This document shows, in pieces, positions 11,334 to 24,453 of a DNA stretch of 64,000 nucleotides. The translations under genes and the position numbers were made by a program. Positions within the stretch are counted from its first letter, which is position 1. Every line of letters begins with the position of its first letter. Below the pieces are notes generated by a model. It had not been told where the DNA came from. It searched no databases and saw nothing but the letters and a program-made list of their open reading frames with translations. Source of the DNA: Octopus vulgaris (taxonomy: Eukaryota); NCBI GenBank assembly GCA_951406725.2, contig OX597829.1, positions 21,204,001-21,268,000 on the forward strand. The letters run 5' to 3'.

Positions 11334-13179
11334 ATTTTACTTTTTTCTGGCATTTACATCAATGTAGTTTTTTGCATGCTGGAGTGGTTGACCAGTGCAA
11401 AATATGACATACTAAGTGAAACTGAACGAGTACTATGATGTTTTGTAGCAGTAAAGGATTTGCTTCAAAGAAAACATTCTTCATTTATGATTCTGTCTTC
11501 TCAGGTAACTTAGAAAAATCTTCTATAACCATCATTTATGGAATGTGTCTAGCTCCTTGACCACCTTTGCAGCTCTTTGCTATATTTCATTGATATATTG
11601 ATTCTCCCATTGGCACAAGGGTATGTATTTGTATGGATGACTACATATTTATAATCAATTGATTAAATGATTGATTTCCCTTACTCGATCAATCAAAGAA
11701 CAATGTCAGCTAACAGACATTGTTTTTACACACAATTTTCTATGCTGATTGCACATTTGATGTGTCTTTTTGAGCCAGTATTTTACACTTTGAGCTTTCT
11801 TTGATAACTCTTTTAGTTATTTCTGACATGCAAAGATTACAATATATCTATTCTAAAATCTGGGATACATGCCTAATATTTTCCTTTAATCACTACTATG
11901 GTTATTCTGGATATTGAAATCATTGGAATTAACCCTTTTAATACGTAGATATACAACCAATAGCCTTTAAAAATTAAATTATAAAATAAAACTTATTTTA
12001 TTAACTTCAGAAGTATGTAAAATTTGACCTTTCATGCTCCCGGAGTCAATAAAATTTCATGATAAAACTTAAATAATATGAGACATTTAGTTCAATGATT
12101 GACTATTCTGCCACACCACATCCTTATAAGGAGAGTATATGACTATTAAAGTTAAAAGATAAGATAAAATAATAATAAAAATAGAAAAGTAAAAGTTCCA
12201 CATAATATGATTATATTGATTCTGGCACAAACACAAACCCTTTAGAAGAATAGCTGACAAAATCAGTAAATAAAAAAAGCTGAAATGCAGCTTTAACTAA
12301 ATATCATATTTAGGTTAATGCATATTTCAAGGCCTGGGGACAGAAACAAATTTGTTTATAGCTGTTTAGGATAAACTAACACAATTAATTGCAGGTTAGC
12401 TGATATACATCTTATATTTCTTCCCCACCCAAACAGAAAACCTGTTTTGCACATTTTTGCTATGTCAGTTATAGCACATGATTTGTTCATAATACATACG
12501 GTTAAACATGATGATTAAAGATAGAGGAGAAATTTAAACAGAAGAATTCTCTGGATGGAATAAATAAATGATGACAGTTATAATTATAGTGAAATTACAG
12601 TTCTGAAAACCCTTAATATGTAACTATGTATGAATGTGTATAAATTTCTCTGTGTGTGCAATTATGTGGTGTATGTATATGTATTTGTCTGTGTATATTC
12701 ATGTGCATGTGTGTATTATATGTCCAGTGGAAGTCACTTACTACAATCAATTTTGGAGAAGCCTTTTCCATAAATGGTTGATAACATTATCCATGACTAT
12801 ATTAAGTGGTTTCCACTATATGTAAATATGAAGTCCCAATGGCAACTTCAAGGGACAAAATCCCCTTTACTCTTTAACTTCATTTAACGCACAAAGTGGA
12901 CACAATATTATTTTTTCAGTGATTTTGCTTTTTTTTGCACCTTTTTAAAGCAAGATAATGAAAATAAGATGTATTCAATAAAGAGAACACTAACATAATA
13001 TTCTTTTCAGTCTCTCTAATGAAAGCAATGTGTAACTAGAGTATTGCACTCTTTCTCTTTGTCATGTTTTCAGTTCAAATGATGGTCAGGTGTGAGAGTT
13101 GCATCAGGTTCATAATTTATAGTGAGCATTGCAGGTTTTGTAATTTTATTACACACTTTTAGTGACCTAAAAAAAATGC

Positions 13180-13970
13180 TTGTCTATTGACAGCAACAAT
13201 GAACAATAAAGAGGGTTCTGGGCTGTATATAGAAAGCTACATGAATACCAAGAAAAGTTCAAGCAGTGCATGAGACTTTTGCAACATATTCAAGATTATT
13301 CTGTTATATACTGCACAAGTTCATTTTGTCAATCTAGTATATCATGTGTATGCCTTCTCCAGTCTATATGAAAGTTCTTAAGGCAAGGACGAATAAAGTT
13401 CAATCCAGACCCCCACCTTTATGATAACTAATTTTTAAATAAGTAATAATCATATTGTATCATTATAATTTTGGGACCGTAAATGTAATTTTGTAGTTTT
13501 TTCTACCATCTGATCCAAATCTGATGAAGAAAGGTGAAAAATGCATGACTAAGCACTGCATACAGAGTAATGCATTGAGCGAAACATTTTTGCAGAATAT
13601 TGGATAGACTGGATTTTCTAAAGTGGTTAACAGGATGGATTATCTCATGAAGAATATATCTGATGCTGAAAGACTGGAAGACTTTGTGAGTTATTTCATC
13701 AGCACCTATGTGTCTGGAACATGTTATTATATCAAGCTATCAGCTTTTCATGATCAAATAGTTCTTCCAGTGTACTCGAGAATGATTACCCTCCACCTCT
13801 TTCTACTAGAGTTATGGAATATTCATCAAACTGTCATTGACAAGAAAGCTCAAACTAACAATCTGTGTCAGAATTTTGTTTTTAGCTTTTTGTGACATTA
13901 TGGGACATGTCTACTGAACCATCTGGAAGGCCATTGAAAGTATCAGGAAGAATCAAGCTCATTAATAGCC
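13180..13970 (+). mobile_element. decayed Mutator-like (MULE) transposase remnant
   Basis: ORF 13623-13895 has FVSYFISTYVSG, LWNIH and QTNNLC, followed by an IWKAIESIRK segment. These resemble MULE YF..TY..G / WN / RTNN..E / HP.IW motifs. Confidence 0.6.
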
Positions 13971-14930
13971 CTCATTAAGGATTCTTATCAATCAACTCAG
14001 ACCAGTTTGGTAAATCATCATGTTTTATGCCAGATGAATATCTGTATAATTTGGTCATCAACTCATACAAAGATCTAAGGAACAAACAGAAATTGTATTA
14101 TGTTTGTGTAGATGTAAAGAAACAAACATTTCTTTGAATAATGGTTAAATTTGATGTAACCATTATTATTGACACCAGTACCTTTATCAGATCATATGAC
14201 AACCATGTCACTTATTTCAGTCTATTATCAGTGTACTAGGTTCATCAGTGATCACGGCACTATTCTCTTCCATTAGGGTCCTGTCTCCTGGTTTTGGAGG
14301 GATGACTATGGTTCATCCTTCTATTGGTCAGTTCTCAGATGATGATTGCCTTAAGAGAAACACCTTTATCATAGGATAAAACAGGTATGTTTATCAACAA
14401 AAGAGATAAGAAGTCATACAATATCAAAACTGAAGAGAGTATTTTACAAAGTTATCACAAGGGTTTGATAAAAATCTACATAGCTTTTGCCACAAGATAA
14501 CCAAATAAAGGGAAACAATACCCAGGATCTTAAAAACTATGAATAGTAAGAGAGCTATAACTTGAGCTAGGTTTGAAACACTGATTTAAAATCTAAGAAT
14601 TAAATTTGTCAGATAGTAATTTTGTAAATCTAAGATTACATTATCCAAATAAGTCCTATTTTTAAGACTGTAAGATGTGATTTGAGATAGATTTGACCAT
14701 CATCACACATCCTTTCAACTTACAAAAAGGGAGAGAACATTTGACAATGTAGTTCTGGATATACAAAAGAATGAGATGCTTATGACAGGAACATCTTTGA
14801 TTGTAGAGCTAGTCGGTCACAAGTCTGTGCTGTGATTAAATAACAATGAAGACAAGAGTTTTGTAAGCATACTAAAGTCACCGATTAAAAGAAGAGAACA
14901 AAAGTAGCTTGACCATAGTATATAATTCCA

Positions 14931-15100
14931 CAGGCATGACTGCGTGGTAAGACATTTGCTTGAGTTCCGCTGTGTGACATCTTGGGCAAGTGTCTTCTAC
15001 TAGAGCTCCCCCATGCTGAACAAAGTCTTGTGAATGGATCTGGTAGACAGAAACTGAAAGAAGCCTGTCGTGTGTGTGTATGTGTACGTATGTGTGTATG

Positions 15101-15156
<56 letters not shown>

Positions 15157-15590
15157 TGTAAATGTATGTGTGTTTATGTGTGACCCTCACCACCATTTGA
15201 CAACCAGTGTTGGTGGCTTATGTCACTGTAACTTAGTGGTTTAGCATAAGAGACTAACAGAATAAGTACCAGGCTGACAAGGGGCTAAACAGAGAGGGGT
15301 CAAACAAGGACAGACAAAGGGATTAAGTCGATTACATCGACCCCAGTGTGTAACTGGTACTTAATTTATCGACCCCCGAAGGGATGAAAGGCAAAGATGA
15401 CCTCGGCAGAATTTGAACTCAGAATGTAACGGTAGATGAAATACTGCTAAGCATTTTGCCCGGCATGCTAACGATTCTGCCAGCTCACCGCTAACAAAAA
15501 AAAAGGGGTCAGTTCATTTGATTAAAACTCTTTGAGGTTGTGGCCCAGCATGGTTGCAGTTCATTAAGAGATACAAGTAAAAGATACAAG
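14931..15590 (+). mobile_element. SINE family A interrupted by a minus-strand family-B SINE (15278-15491)
   Basis: Family-A head, (TG)n middle and tail are split by the reverse complement of family B (ccccgaagggatgaaaggcaaag...ctgccagctcaccgc). Confidence 0.8.
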
Positions 15591-15934
15591 ATAAACAATT
15601 GGATAAACAAATGCATGAGGTACAAGAAGCTCAGAAGTGTCTGTTTTAGAAAATATGATGCATTGAGTAAGAGACAATGGTGCATTTACTTTCCTTTCTC
15701 TGTCATTTGTTATCTTTTACTTGTTTCAGTCATTGGACTGTGGCCATGCTGGGGTACCACCTTGAAGAAGTTTTAGAATGAATTGATACCAGTACTTTTT
15801 TATTTTTTTTTTAAGCCTGGTAATAATTCTACTAGTGTCTTTTGCCAAACTGCTAGGCTATGGGTGGGGGTGGGGGTGGGGCCATTAACAAACCAGTACC
15901 GGTTTTCAGGCGGTGGTGGGGAACAAACCAAACA

Positions 15935-16243
15935 CAGATACAAAGACACACACACGCACTAGAGAAACACTTGCATGCATGCATGCATGCACACACATAC
16001 AAAGACACACACACACATATACAAAGACACACACACACACTAGAGAAACACTTGCATGCATGCATGCACACACACACACATGCATACACACACACATGCA
16101 TACACACACATGCATACACACACACATGCATACACACACATGCATACACACACACACACACTGGAGAAACACTTGCATGCATGCATGCACACACACACAC
16201 ATGCATACACACACACACACACTAGAGAAACACTTGCATGCTT

Positions 16244-16275
<32 letters not shown>

Positions 16276-16490
16276 TAGAGAAATACTTGCATGCACACGC
16301 TTACACCCACATGCACACACACGCTACAGAAAAACACTTGCATGCACACACACATGGAGAAACATGCATGTATGCACACATACTCACATGCATGTACACA
16401 CACACACACACACACAAACACAAACATGTATACACACACACATACACGCATACACACACACACACTCACACATGCACACAAACACACACA
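15935..16490. repeat. compound CA-rich minisatellite
   Basis: Recurrent cacacactagagaaacacttgcatgcatgc units interspersed with (CA)n and catgcatacaca. Confidence 0.9.
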
Positions 16491-16645
16491 CGGGTGCAAA
16501 CTCCACATGCACTTACAAATGCACAAATATACGCAATACATTACAAGTACTTTGTAGATTTTGGCCAGGCAAAATTCAAGAATTAAGCCGGAAATGTTAA
16601 ATTTTAGAAGCGTAGCAATCTTCTATAATGATTCAGACATAATAA

Positions 16646-16689
<44 letters not shown>

Positions 16690-16863
16690 AAAATGGGTAC
16701 AATAAAAAACCTGAAAACAACAAAAACAAATCACCCAGAAAAAGACAATCGAATATAAAATGCAATGTATTTCAAGAAAGAATCTTTAGCATGCATGCGC
16801 GCATGTACACACCCACACGCACACATACAGAGGCACTCACACACATACGATCACACATACACA

Positions 16864-16918
<55 letters not shown>

Positions 16919-17306
16919 GCACACGCACGCACAAGCCACTCAGTAAAAATGTTAAATCTGATATTTATTGGTGAAAATGTCATCAAAACTAATTACCGTT
17001 GACAGGTGTATAAAGTCATTTCCCTATTAATACTAAAATGTCATTACTATTATTTTTTTACTACGACTACTTTACTATCACCACCACCACCACCACCACC
17101 ACCACCACCACTGAAGCCATCAGCACCCCCCCCCCCCCCACTGCAACCATCAGCACTGTCACCACCACTACCACTACCACCAGTGCCACATGATGTAGTT
17201 CACAATGACCAGAGACTGTTCATGTGCAATGTGATGGTTTAGAGTGGAGTAATGGAATGTATGTTTGGTTGGGGGTGGGGGAGTAGTGTGTGTGTGTGTG
17301 AGAGAG

Positions 17307-17345
<39 letters not shown>

Positions 17346-17364
17346 CTGGTGGGTGGATGTTTGG

Positions 17365-17405
<41 letters not shown>

Positions 17406-17850
17406 CATGAAGTTTTGTGAGGTATGTGGAATTGGAAAAACAGTGGACCACAAATGTGAAAAGCTTTCTCTGCAGATGTACTACTTATGGTAGCCATCTT
17501 TGCCGAAGAGTAGCATGTGGAAAGGATTTCACAAAGTTCATACAAATCTTAGCAAGGGACCAAAAGGTTTAATTTAGCAAGAGGGAGATTTCTTTTCTAC
17601 TCGTTTACCCCCCCCCCTCCTCTCTCCGGTCATTCTTCTCATCATTTCATCTCCTGACACTTATTCATTCTTTCCATCTTCATTCATTCATTCCATCTCC
17701 ACTCTCTTTCTTATCTGTCTCCTTTTAGTTGTGTGTTACTTCCTAGCTTGAAGAAGGACAACTCTTACCAGCAGCCCAATCTTTCTTGTTCTTTTCCATT
17801 TTTTCTTCTTCTTTCTTATCTACAAAATTCTTCTGATTCATGTCAATACC

Positions 17851-18080
17851 TATTTCTTTACCACCCACCAAGGTGCTAAACACAGAGAGGACAAACAAGG
17901 ACAGACAAATGGATTAAGTCGATTATATCGACCCCCAGTGCGTAACTGATACTTATTTAATCGACCCCGAAAGGATGAAAGGCAAAGTCGACCTCGGTGG
18001 AATTTGAACTCAGAACGTAATGGCAGACGAAATACGGCAACGCATTTCGCCCAGTGTGCTAACGTTTCTGCCAGCTCACC
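17851..18080 (-). mobile_element. tRNA-derived SINE family B
   Basis: Reverse complement of ggtgagctggcagaaacgttagc...gagttcaaattcc...gcctttcatcctttcggggtcga. Confidence 0.85.
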
Positions 18081-18523
18081 AATATCCTCTATTGCTTTTC
18101 TTCCCTTCTGCTGCTGTTCAGGTATTCAATCAGCTGATCATGCTGTTGTGTTTCATAGCTAAGGTTAAGTTCTTGCATGTATTCTATATATCATGTTGTA
18201 AAACATAAACAAACCAACACCTGGTGTCAAATGGTGGTGTGGTGCAAATACAACACGAACACAAAGGCACATACATAGACACATACATATGTGAGTGTGT
18301 GTGTATGTGTTTGTGTATGTATATACACATACATTAAAAGCACTGTACAATCTGAAGTGGCTGGCATTGGGAAGCTGTAGAAACCATGCCAACACAGACA
18401 AATGGAGCCCAGGCAGCTCCCCAGCTCCAATCAAATCATCCAACCCATGTCAGCATGGAAAATGGACATTAAATGATGGTGATGATGATAATACATAAAT
18501 ACATATATACATATATATATATA

Positions 18524-19036
18524 CTAGCAGTATCGCCCGGCGTTGCTCGGGTTTGTAAAGGAAATAACTATATAAGCATTTTTAGAGAGTTACTTCCCTT
18601 ATAGATGCCAATTCGGGCTTTCTTAGCCATTTCTGTTTTGGTGTCTTCAAGCCATGAAGTCGTTGTTCTAAAAGAACGCTGGTCTCCTTGACAACGCATT
18701 ACGACGTTGATTTCATTACACTCCGTTCCCCACAGCTTCACGAGGGAGGGAAGAAGGGGGAGAAGCAAACAGGTGCAGGTGTAACCATGGACGCCAACTC
18801 CGCCGCCATCGACACACGAAAAATTATGCATTAAAATGGAATAAAAAATGATGTTAAATTATTTTTAAAATCGTAGACTCATCGTTGACGTGCGCTAATA
18901 GCCAGACGGGCTCGATATGAATCACGACTATAAGATACCCGAATTTGGTTAAACTGCACCACAAAATGTGGGAGGAGTTAGGAATCTAAATCGTAGGAGA
19001 CAGACACTCACACAACTACAGTTTTATATATAAAGA
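18524..19036 (-). mobile_element. non-autonomous Helitron
   Basis: Minus strand starts A|TCtttatatataaa and ends with hairpin cccgagcaacgccggg plus CTAG|T. Highly similar to the copy at 36713-37485. Confidence 0.85.
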
Positions 19037-19058
19037 TATATATATATATATATATATA

Positions 19059-20145
19059 TTCTTTTACTTGTTTCAGTCATTTGATTGCAGCTATGCTGGA
19101 GAACCACCTTTAGTTGAACAAATCAACCCCAGGACTTATTCTTTGTAAGCCTAGTACTTATTCTATCAGTTACTTTTGCTGAACTGCTAAGTTACGGGGG
19201 ACGTAAACACACTAGCATTGGCTGTCAAGCGATGGTGGGGGAGCAAACACAGACACACACAAATAAATATACATATACACACACACATGTATACGACAGG
19301 CTTCTTTCAGTTTCCATCTATCAAATCCACTGACAAAGCTTTGGTCAGTATGAGGCTATAGTAGAAGACACTTGCCCAAGGTGCCACCCAGTGAGACTGA
19401 ACCCAGAACCCTATGGTTGGGAAGCAAGCTTTTTATCACACAGACATTCCTGCACCTATATATATATTCTTTTACTTGTTTCACTCTATTCACTGCGGCC
19501 ATGCTGGAGCACAGCTTTAAGAGTTTTTAGTTGAAGAAATTGACCCCAGGGCTTATTCTTTGTAAGCCTAGTACTTATTCTGTTGATCTCTCTTGCTGAA
19601 CCGTTAGGTTATGGAGATGTAAGCACACTAACATTTGTTGTCAGTGGGGGGGGGGGGGGCAAACACAGACACAGACACACACGCACATATACATACACAC
19701 ACACACGCACATATACATACACACACACACACATGACGGGCTTTTTTCAGCTTCCATCTACCAAATCCATTCACAAGGTTCTGGTTGGCCTGAGGCTATA
19801 GTTGAAAACACTTGCCCAAGGTGCCATGCAGTGAAACTGAACCCAGAACCATGTGGTTGGGAAACAAGCTTCTTACCACACAGCCACTCCTGCGACGAGT
19901 TTCTTTCATTTTCCATCAACCAAATCCACTCACAAGGCTTTGGTCAGCCCAAAGCTATAGTAGAAGACACTTGCTTGAGGTTCCACAAGAGGCACTGAAC
20001 CCAGAACCATGTGGTTGGGAAAAAAGCTTTTACAGTTTGGATTTTCCAAATACACTCACAGGGCTTTGGTGAGCCTGGCACTAGAGAAGAAGGATTTGCT
20101 CATTGAGACCACATGTTTGGGAAGTATGCTTCTTCATCACAGTCA
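19059..20145 (-). mobile_element. tandem cluster of SINE family A copies (two full, two partial heads)
   Basis: Repeated family-A blocks at about 19059-19458, 19468-19893, 19894-20030 and 20030-20145. Confidence 0.8.
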
Positions 20146-20352
20146 CATACAAAAGTAGCAAAAATTTTGTATATAATTCATTGAAGTAAAGAACATGTGA
20201 GCCTGACATACATGCAAAAGATTTAATAATTTAATAAAAATATCTCACAAAAACATTGGTTGAATTGATGTATAAATATTCAGGGACAGATGTGGCTGTG
20301 TGGTAAGAAGCTTGCTTCCCAACTACATGGTTTTGGGTTCACTCCCACTGTG

Positions 20353-20677
20353 TAACCTCTCGAAAATGTAACCTCTCGAAAGAGCTGTTCTTCACTCCTG
20401 CTCCGGAGCGTCGGCTGCGGGGTCATTCCGAAAAGCTCTACCTGTGACGATTTCATCTCAATCGAAGGAGAGGAGCTTTCTCCGTCCGGGTTGCGGATCC
20501 GTGGAACAAGCTGCCAGACGAGATGGTGAAGATGCCGACGACCGCTTTGTTCAAAGCCTCCCTTGACCTCAAGTGGCCTGAACTCTTTATATGAACACCA
20601 CCCTGTACATAACTCCATGTCCCCCTACATGGCCTTGCTATTTGCTTTTGAGCCAAATTAACTAACTAACTAACTAA
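20353..20677 (+). mobile_element. 5'-truncated CR1-group LINE 3' end nested in a family-A SINE (20283-21008)
   Basis: Translates RLRGHSEKLYL*RFHLNRRRGAFSVRVADPWNKLPDEMVKMPTTALFKASLD, the CR1/L2 RGH..KL / FS.RV...WN.LP / FK..LD motif. Ends in a (TAAC)n tail. Confidence 0.85.
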
Positions 20678-21024
20678 CTGTATGGTATCTTGGACAAGTG
20701 TCTTCTACTATAACTTTGAGCTGACCAAAGCCTTGTGAGTAGACTTAGTATACAGAAACTAAAAGAAGCCCATCATGTATGATGTGTGTGTGTGTGTGTG
20801 TGCACGCACATACATGTGAGAGAGTGTCTTTGTGTCTGTGTTTACATCCCTATAAATTAGCAGTTTGGCAAAAGAGACTGATAGAATAGGTACCAGGTTT
20901 TAAAAAATTGTGAGTACTGAGGTCAATTCATTTGACTAAAACTTCTTCCAGGTAGTGCCCTAGTATGGCCATAGTCAAATGACTGTAACAAGTAAAGAGT
21001 AAAAGATGTAAGAATATATATATA

Positions 21025-21391
21025 CTAGCAGTATCACCCGGCATTGCTCGGGTTTGTTTTGACCCTTTAGAATTGGAATTTTTGAAAAGTAATGCATTAT
21101 GTAGCTTGTTATTCTCTTTAAGTGAACATTTTTCTGGTTGAAATACACCGAAAAATGGCAACACAGCAGTCAAAAAATCGTAAAAAATAGGGATTTTCAT
21201 AGAAAAAAAAACACCTTTTCAAAGTAAATAATTTTTGGTGTTAACATGGTCCGATTTGAATTTTTTCTTCTATGGAAGGAAGAGCAAGCCTTCTATCATA
21301 CTCTCAATTTTGGTCAACTTGTGCCGTAGGGTCTCGGAGGAGATAGTGTTAGTTGAAGGCTACCAAACCTGCCATACACAGACAACTTCAG

Positions 21392-21405
<14 letters not shown>
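21025..21405 (-). mobile_element. non-autonomous Helitron, second internal type
   Basis: Same 3' end (ctagcagtatcacccggcattgctcgggtttg on the plus strand) as the 18.5-kb copy, different interior. Confidence 0.75.
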
Positions 21406-21430
<25 letters not shown>

Positions 21431-21432
<2 letters not shown>

Positions 21433-21820
21433 CTGGCCTCCGTGCTGTGGGCACGTAACAAACACCATCCGATCGTGGCCGTTTGCCAGCCTCATCTGGC
21501 ACCTGTGTCGGTGGCACATAAAAACACCATCCGAGCGTGGCCGTCTGCCAGCCTCGTCTGGCACCTGTGTCGGTGGCACATAAAAAACACCATCCGAGCG
21601 TGGCCGTTTGCCAGCCTCATCTGGCACCTGTGTCGGTGGCACATAAAATCACCCACTACACTCTCGGAGTGGTTGGCGTTAGGAAGGGCATCCAGCTGTA
21701 GAAACACTGCCAGATCTGACTGGACTGGTGCAGCTTTCGGGCTCCCCAGACCCCAGTTGAACCGTCCAACCCATGCTAGCATGGAAAGCGGACGTTAAAT
21801 GATGATGATGATGATGATGA
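21431..21820 (+). mobile_element. RTE LINE 3' UTR with about three tandem units and (GAT)n tail
   Basis: Units caccatccgagcgtggccgtttgccagcctcatctggcacctgtgtcggtggcacataaaa, then the conserved RTE end. Confidence 0.8.
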
Positions 21821-22433
21821 TACATGTATATATATACATATATACATGTATATATGTATATATATATATATATATATATTACTCTTTCTTTATGTGGATA
21901 TGAAGCTTTAAATTTAAAGGGAAGTGGACATATAATTCTTTTCCCTATAGCTTTCTTTCTCCTTAGATGAATTATACTTAGACACTAACATTTAAATAAC
22001 ATTTCCACTTGCTTCAGGTCAGGCAACAGCATTTTTTTAAAATGACATTTTCAGAATCCCAGCATTGTTAGCAAGCTAGATATACTAGCCACATTCATAA
22101 GGGCTGTTGGCAGAAAGTAGTTAAATATATATTTACTGTTTATAAACAATTATCACAAACTCAAATCCCTGCATTTCATTTCACAAAGTAGCTTATAAGC
22201 TTAGATGCTTTGTTTTACATACACACATACACGTGTGTGTGTACATACATATATATTTATATGCATACCTATTAATCTATCTATCTATCTATCTATCTAC
22301 CTACCTCTCTCTATCTCTTTATATATATATATATCATCAAAATAATCATTCAATGTCCACATAGATGGAAACTGAAAGAAGCCCGTCGTATATATGTATT
22401 TATATATGTATGTGTGTGTATATGTTTGTGTGT

Positions 22434-22814
22434 GGAGGCACAATGGCCCAGTGGTTAGGGCAGCGGACTCGCGGTCGTACAATCGCGGTTTCGATTCCCA
22501 GACCGGGCATTGTGAGTGTTTATTGAGCGAAAACACCTAAAGCTCCACGAGGCTTTGGCAGGGATGGTGGTGATCCCTGCTGTACTCTTTCACCACAACT
22601 TTCTCTCACTCTTACTTCCTGTTTTCTGTTGTACCTGTATTTCAAAGGGCCAGCCTTGTCACTCTCTGTGTCATGCTGAATATCCCCGAGAACTACGTTA
22701 AGGGTACACGTGTCTGTGGAGTGCTCAGCCACTTGCACGTTAATTTCACGAGCAGGCTGTTCCGTTGATCGGATCAACCGGAACCCTCGTCGTCGTAACC
22801 GACGGAGTGCTTCC
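22434..22814 (+). mobile_element. tRNA-derived SINE family C, young copy with 14-bp TSD, nested in a family-A SINE
   Basis: A-box tggcccagtggttagg and B-box ggtttcgattccc. Flanked by atatgtttgtgtgt at 22420-22433 and 22815-22828. Confidence 0.9.
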
Positions 22815-23299
22815 ATATGTTTGTGTGTCTGTGTTTGTCACCCCCAACATTGCTTGACAACCGATGCTGGTGTGTTTACGTCCCTGTAACTTAGCAGTTT
22901 AGCAAAAGAGATGGATAGAATAAGTACTAGGCTTACAAAGAATAAGTCCTGGAGTCGATTTGCTCAACTAAAGGCGGTGCTCCAGCATGGCCACAGTCAA
23001 ATGACTGAAACAAGTAAAAGAGTAAAAGAGTAAAGAGAGTCCTATGCTTGCAAGGGTTGGATGGTTTGATGAGATTTGAAGGGCCTAAGCACTGCACATT
23101 GTTCCAGTATCTGCTTTAGCATAGTTCCTACTGTTGGATACTCTTCCTATGCCAACTACTTTATAGTGTGTATTGGGTGCTTTTAAATTCCTCCAGCACA
23201 AATAAGGTTACCATGCAGCTTGCAAGACTATGAAACCCCTTTGGGGTTTCTCTCATACTTTACTCCTCTCTACTTGTTACTTTGCAAGATGAGAATTAA

Positions 23300-23790
23300 A
23301 GACTCCCTTCAGTGATGAATGACCATGAGATTGCACCTAGAAAGTTCCCCTCTGAAACACAAGTCCAGGCAAGGTTGTTTATGGAAGACCAGCAGTCAGC
23401 CATGCATACCAGCCTCTCCTCTCCATGTCAATGTATGTATATAGGGAAAGGGTAAAGACCCCTTTCGGTCATTAATGATCATTGAATTGCAACTAGAGAG
23501 TTCCTCTCTGAGGCAAAGTCTGGGCAAGGTTGTTTATGAAAGACCAGCAGTCACCCATGCATACCAGCCTCTCCTCACCATGCCACCGATGTTGTCCAAG
23601 GGAAAAGCAAAGGCTGATAGAGTTAGGCACCAATGACATCACAACTCATTTCTACAGCTGAGTGAACAAAAGCAACATGAAATAAAGTGTCTTGCTCAAG
23701 AACACAACATACAACCCTGTCCTGGAATCAAACTCACTACCTCATGATTGTGAGCCTGACACTCTAACTACAGAGACATGACCATTCACA
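23300..23790 (-). mobile_element. tRNA-headed SINE family D with duplicated 3' segment
   Basis: tRNA/CORE-like head at the right end (aagtgtcttgctcaagaacacaac...ggaatcaaactc). About 125-bp block at 23300-23428 is repeated at 23457-23582. Confidence 0.6.
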
Positions 23791-24090
23791 AGATGAGGAG
23801 TAGAGAGTGGAAAATATGAGAAAAAAGAGCAAGAACAGAACAGGGTTTTTTTTTTTACTATAGAAGAACCATATGAATTCTCATATTGTAGAGAGAGGAT
23901 GAAAGTGACTGGGTGGAGCTGGGAAGCAATAAAAATAATAGTGATGCAGCAACAATGTGGGATAATGGTAGTGGTGGTGGAGGAGAGATAATTTAGTGCC
24001 TCAGTGGGGATGAATGATCAATGAAAGTGTGGCTGGAGAGAATAGTATTAATGAATGAAGGATGCAAAGCAAGTGAAGTTTTATAAGACA

Positions 24091-24453
24091 CTAGCACTAT
24101 GACCCGGCAATGCCAGGTCATACTGCTAGTGCATGCATATGCAGCTGCGTGCATGCGCGCATACACATGAGTACTGTCCAAAATCTCTGATCAATCACAT
24201 ACAGCTAGCTGGAATTCAATTGGCGTATCAAGTTTTGGGCATTTTGATTAGGTTTTGGATAGAAAATTCACAAAATGTCACTTCTATTGATTTTTTTAAT
24301 GGCTTTGTGGGGTGACTGGAGAAATGTAAAGATGTGCACGACCACCCTTGGACAGTTTTGAATGACCATAGAAAGTGCGAGTCCTCTAACTGAAAAATTG
24401 TGGATTTGTATAAAGGACACACACAGACATTTTGCTGTTTATATATATAGAGA
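24091..24453 (-). mobile_element. non-autonomous Helitron, third type
   Basis: Minus strand starts TCtctatatatataaa and ends in a long hairpin plus CTAG (plus strand ctagcactatgacccggcaatgccaggtcatactgctag). Confidence 0.65.

Noticed and set aside
15853-16974. Stack of long His/Thr- and Cys/Val-rich ORFs
   Set aside because: Translations of CA/TG minisatellites, open in several frames on both strands. The same applies to the YIYI, HTHT and CVCV ORFs at 27, 39.5, 42.5, 50.7 and 53.7 kb.
17006-17242. Proline-rich ORF suggestive of an SH3 ligand or formin-like segment
   Set aside because: Derived from (CCA)n and poly-C repeats on the non-coding strand, with no splice support.
22434-22505. tRNA-like sequence with A and B boxes
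   Set aside because: It is the head of a TSD-flanked SINE, not a standalone tRNA gene; the same holds for the other SINE heads.
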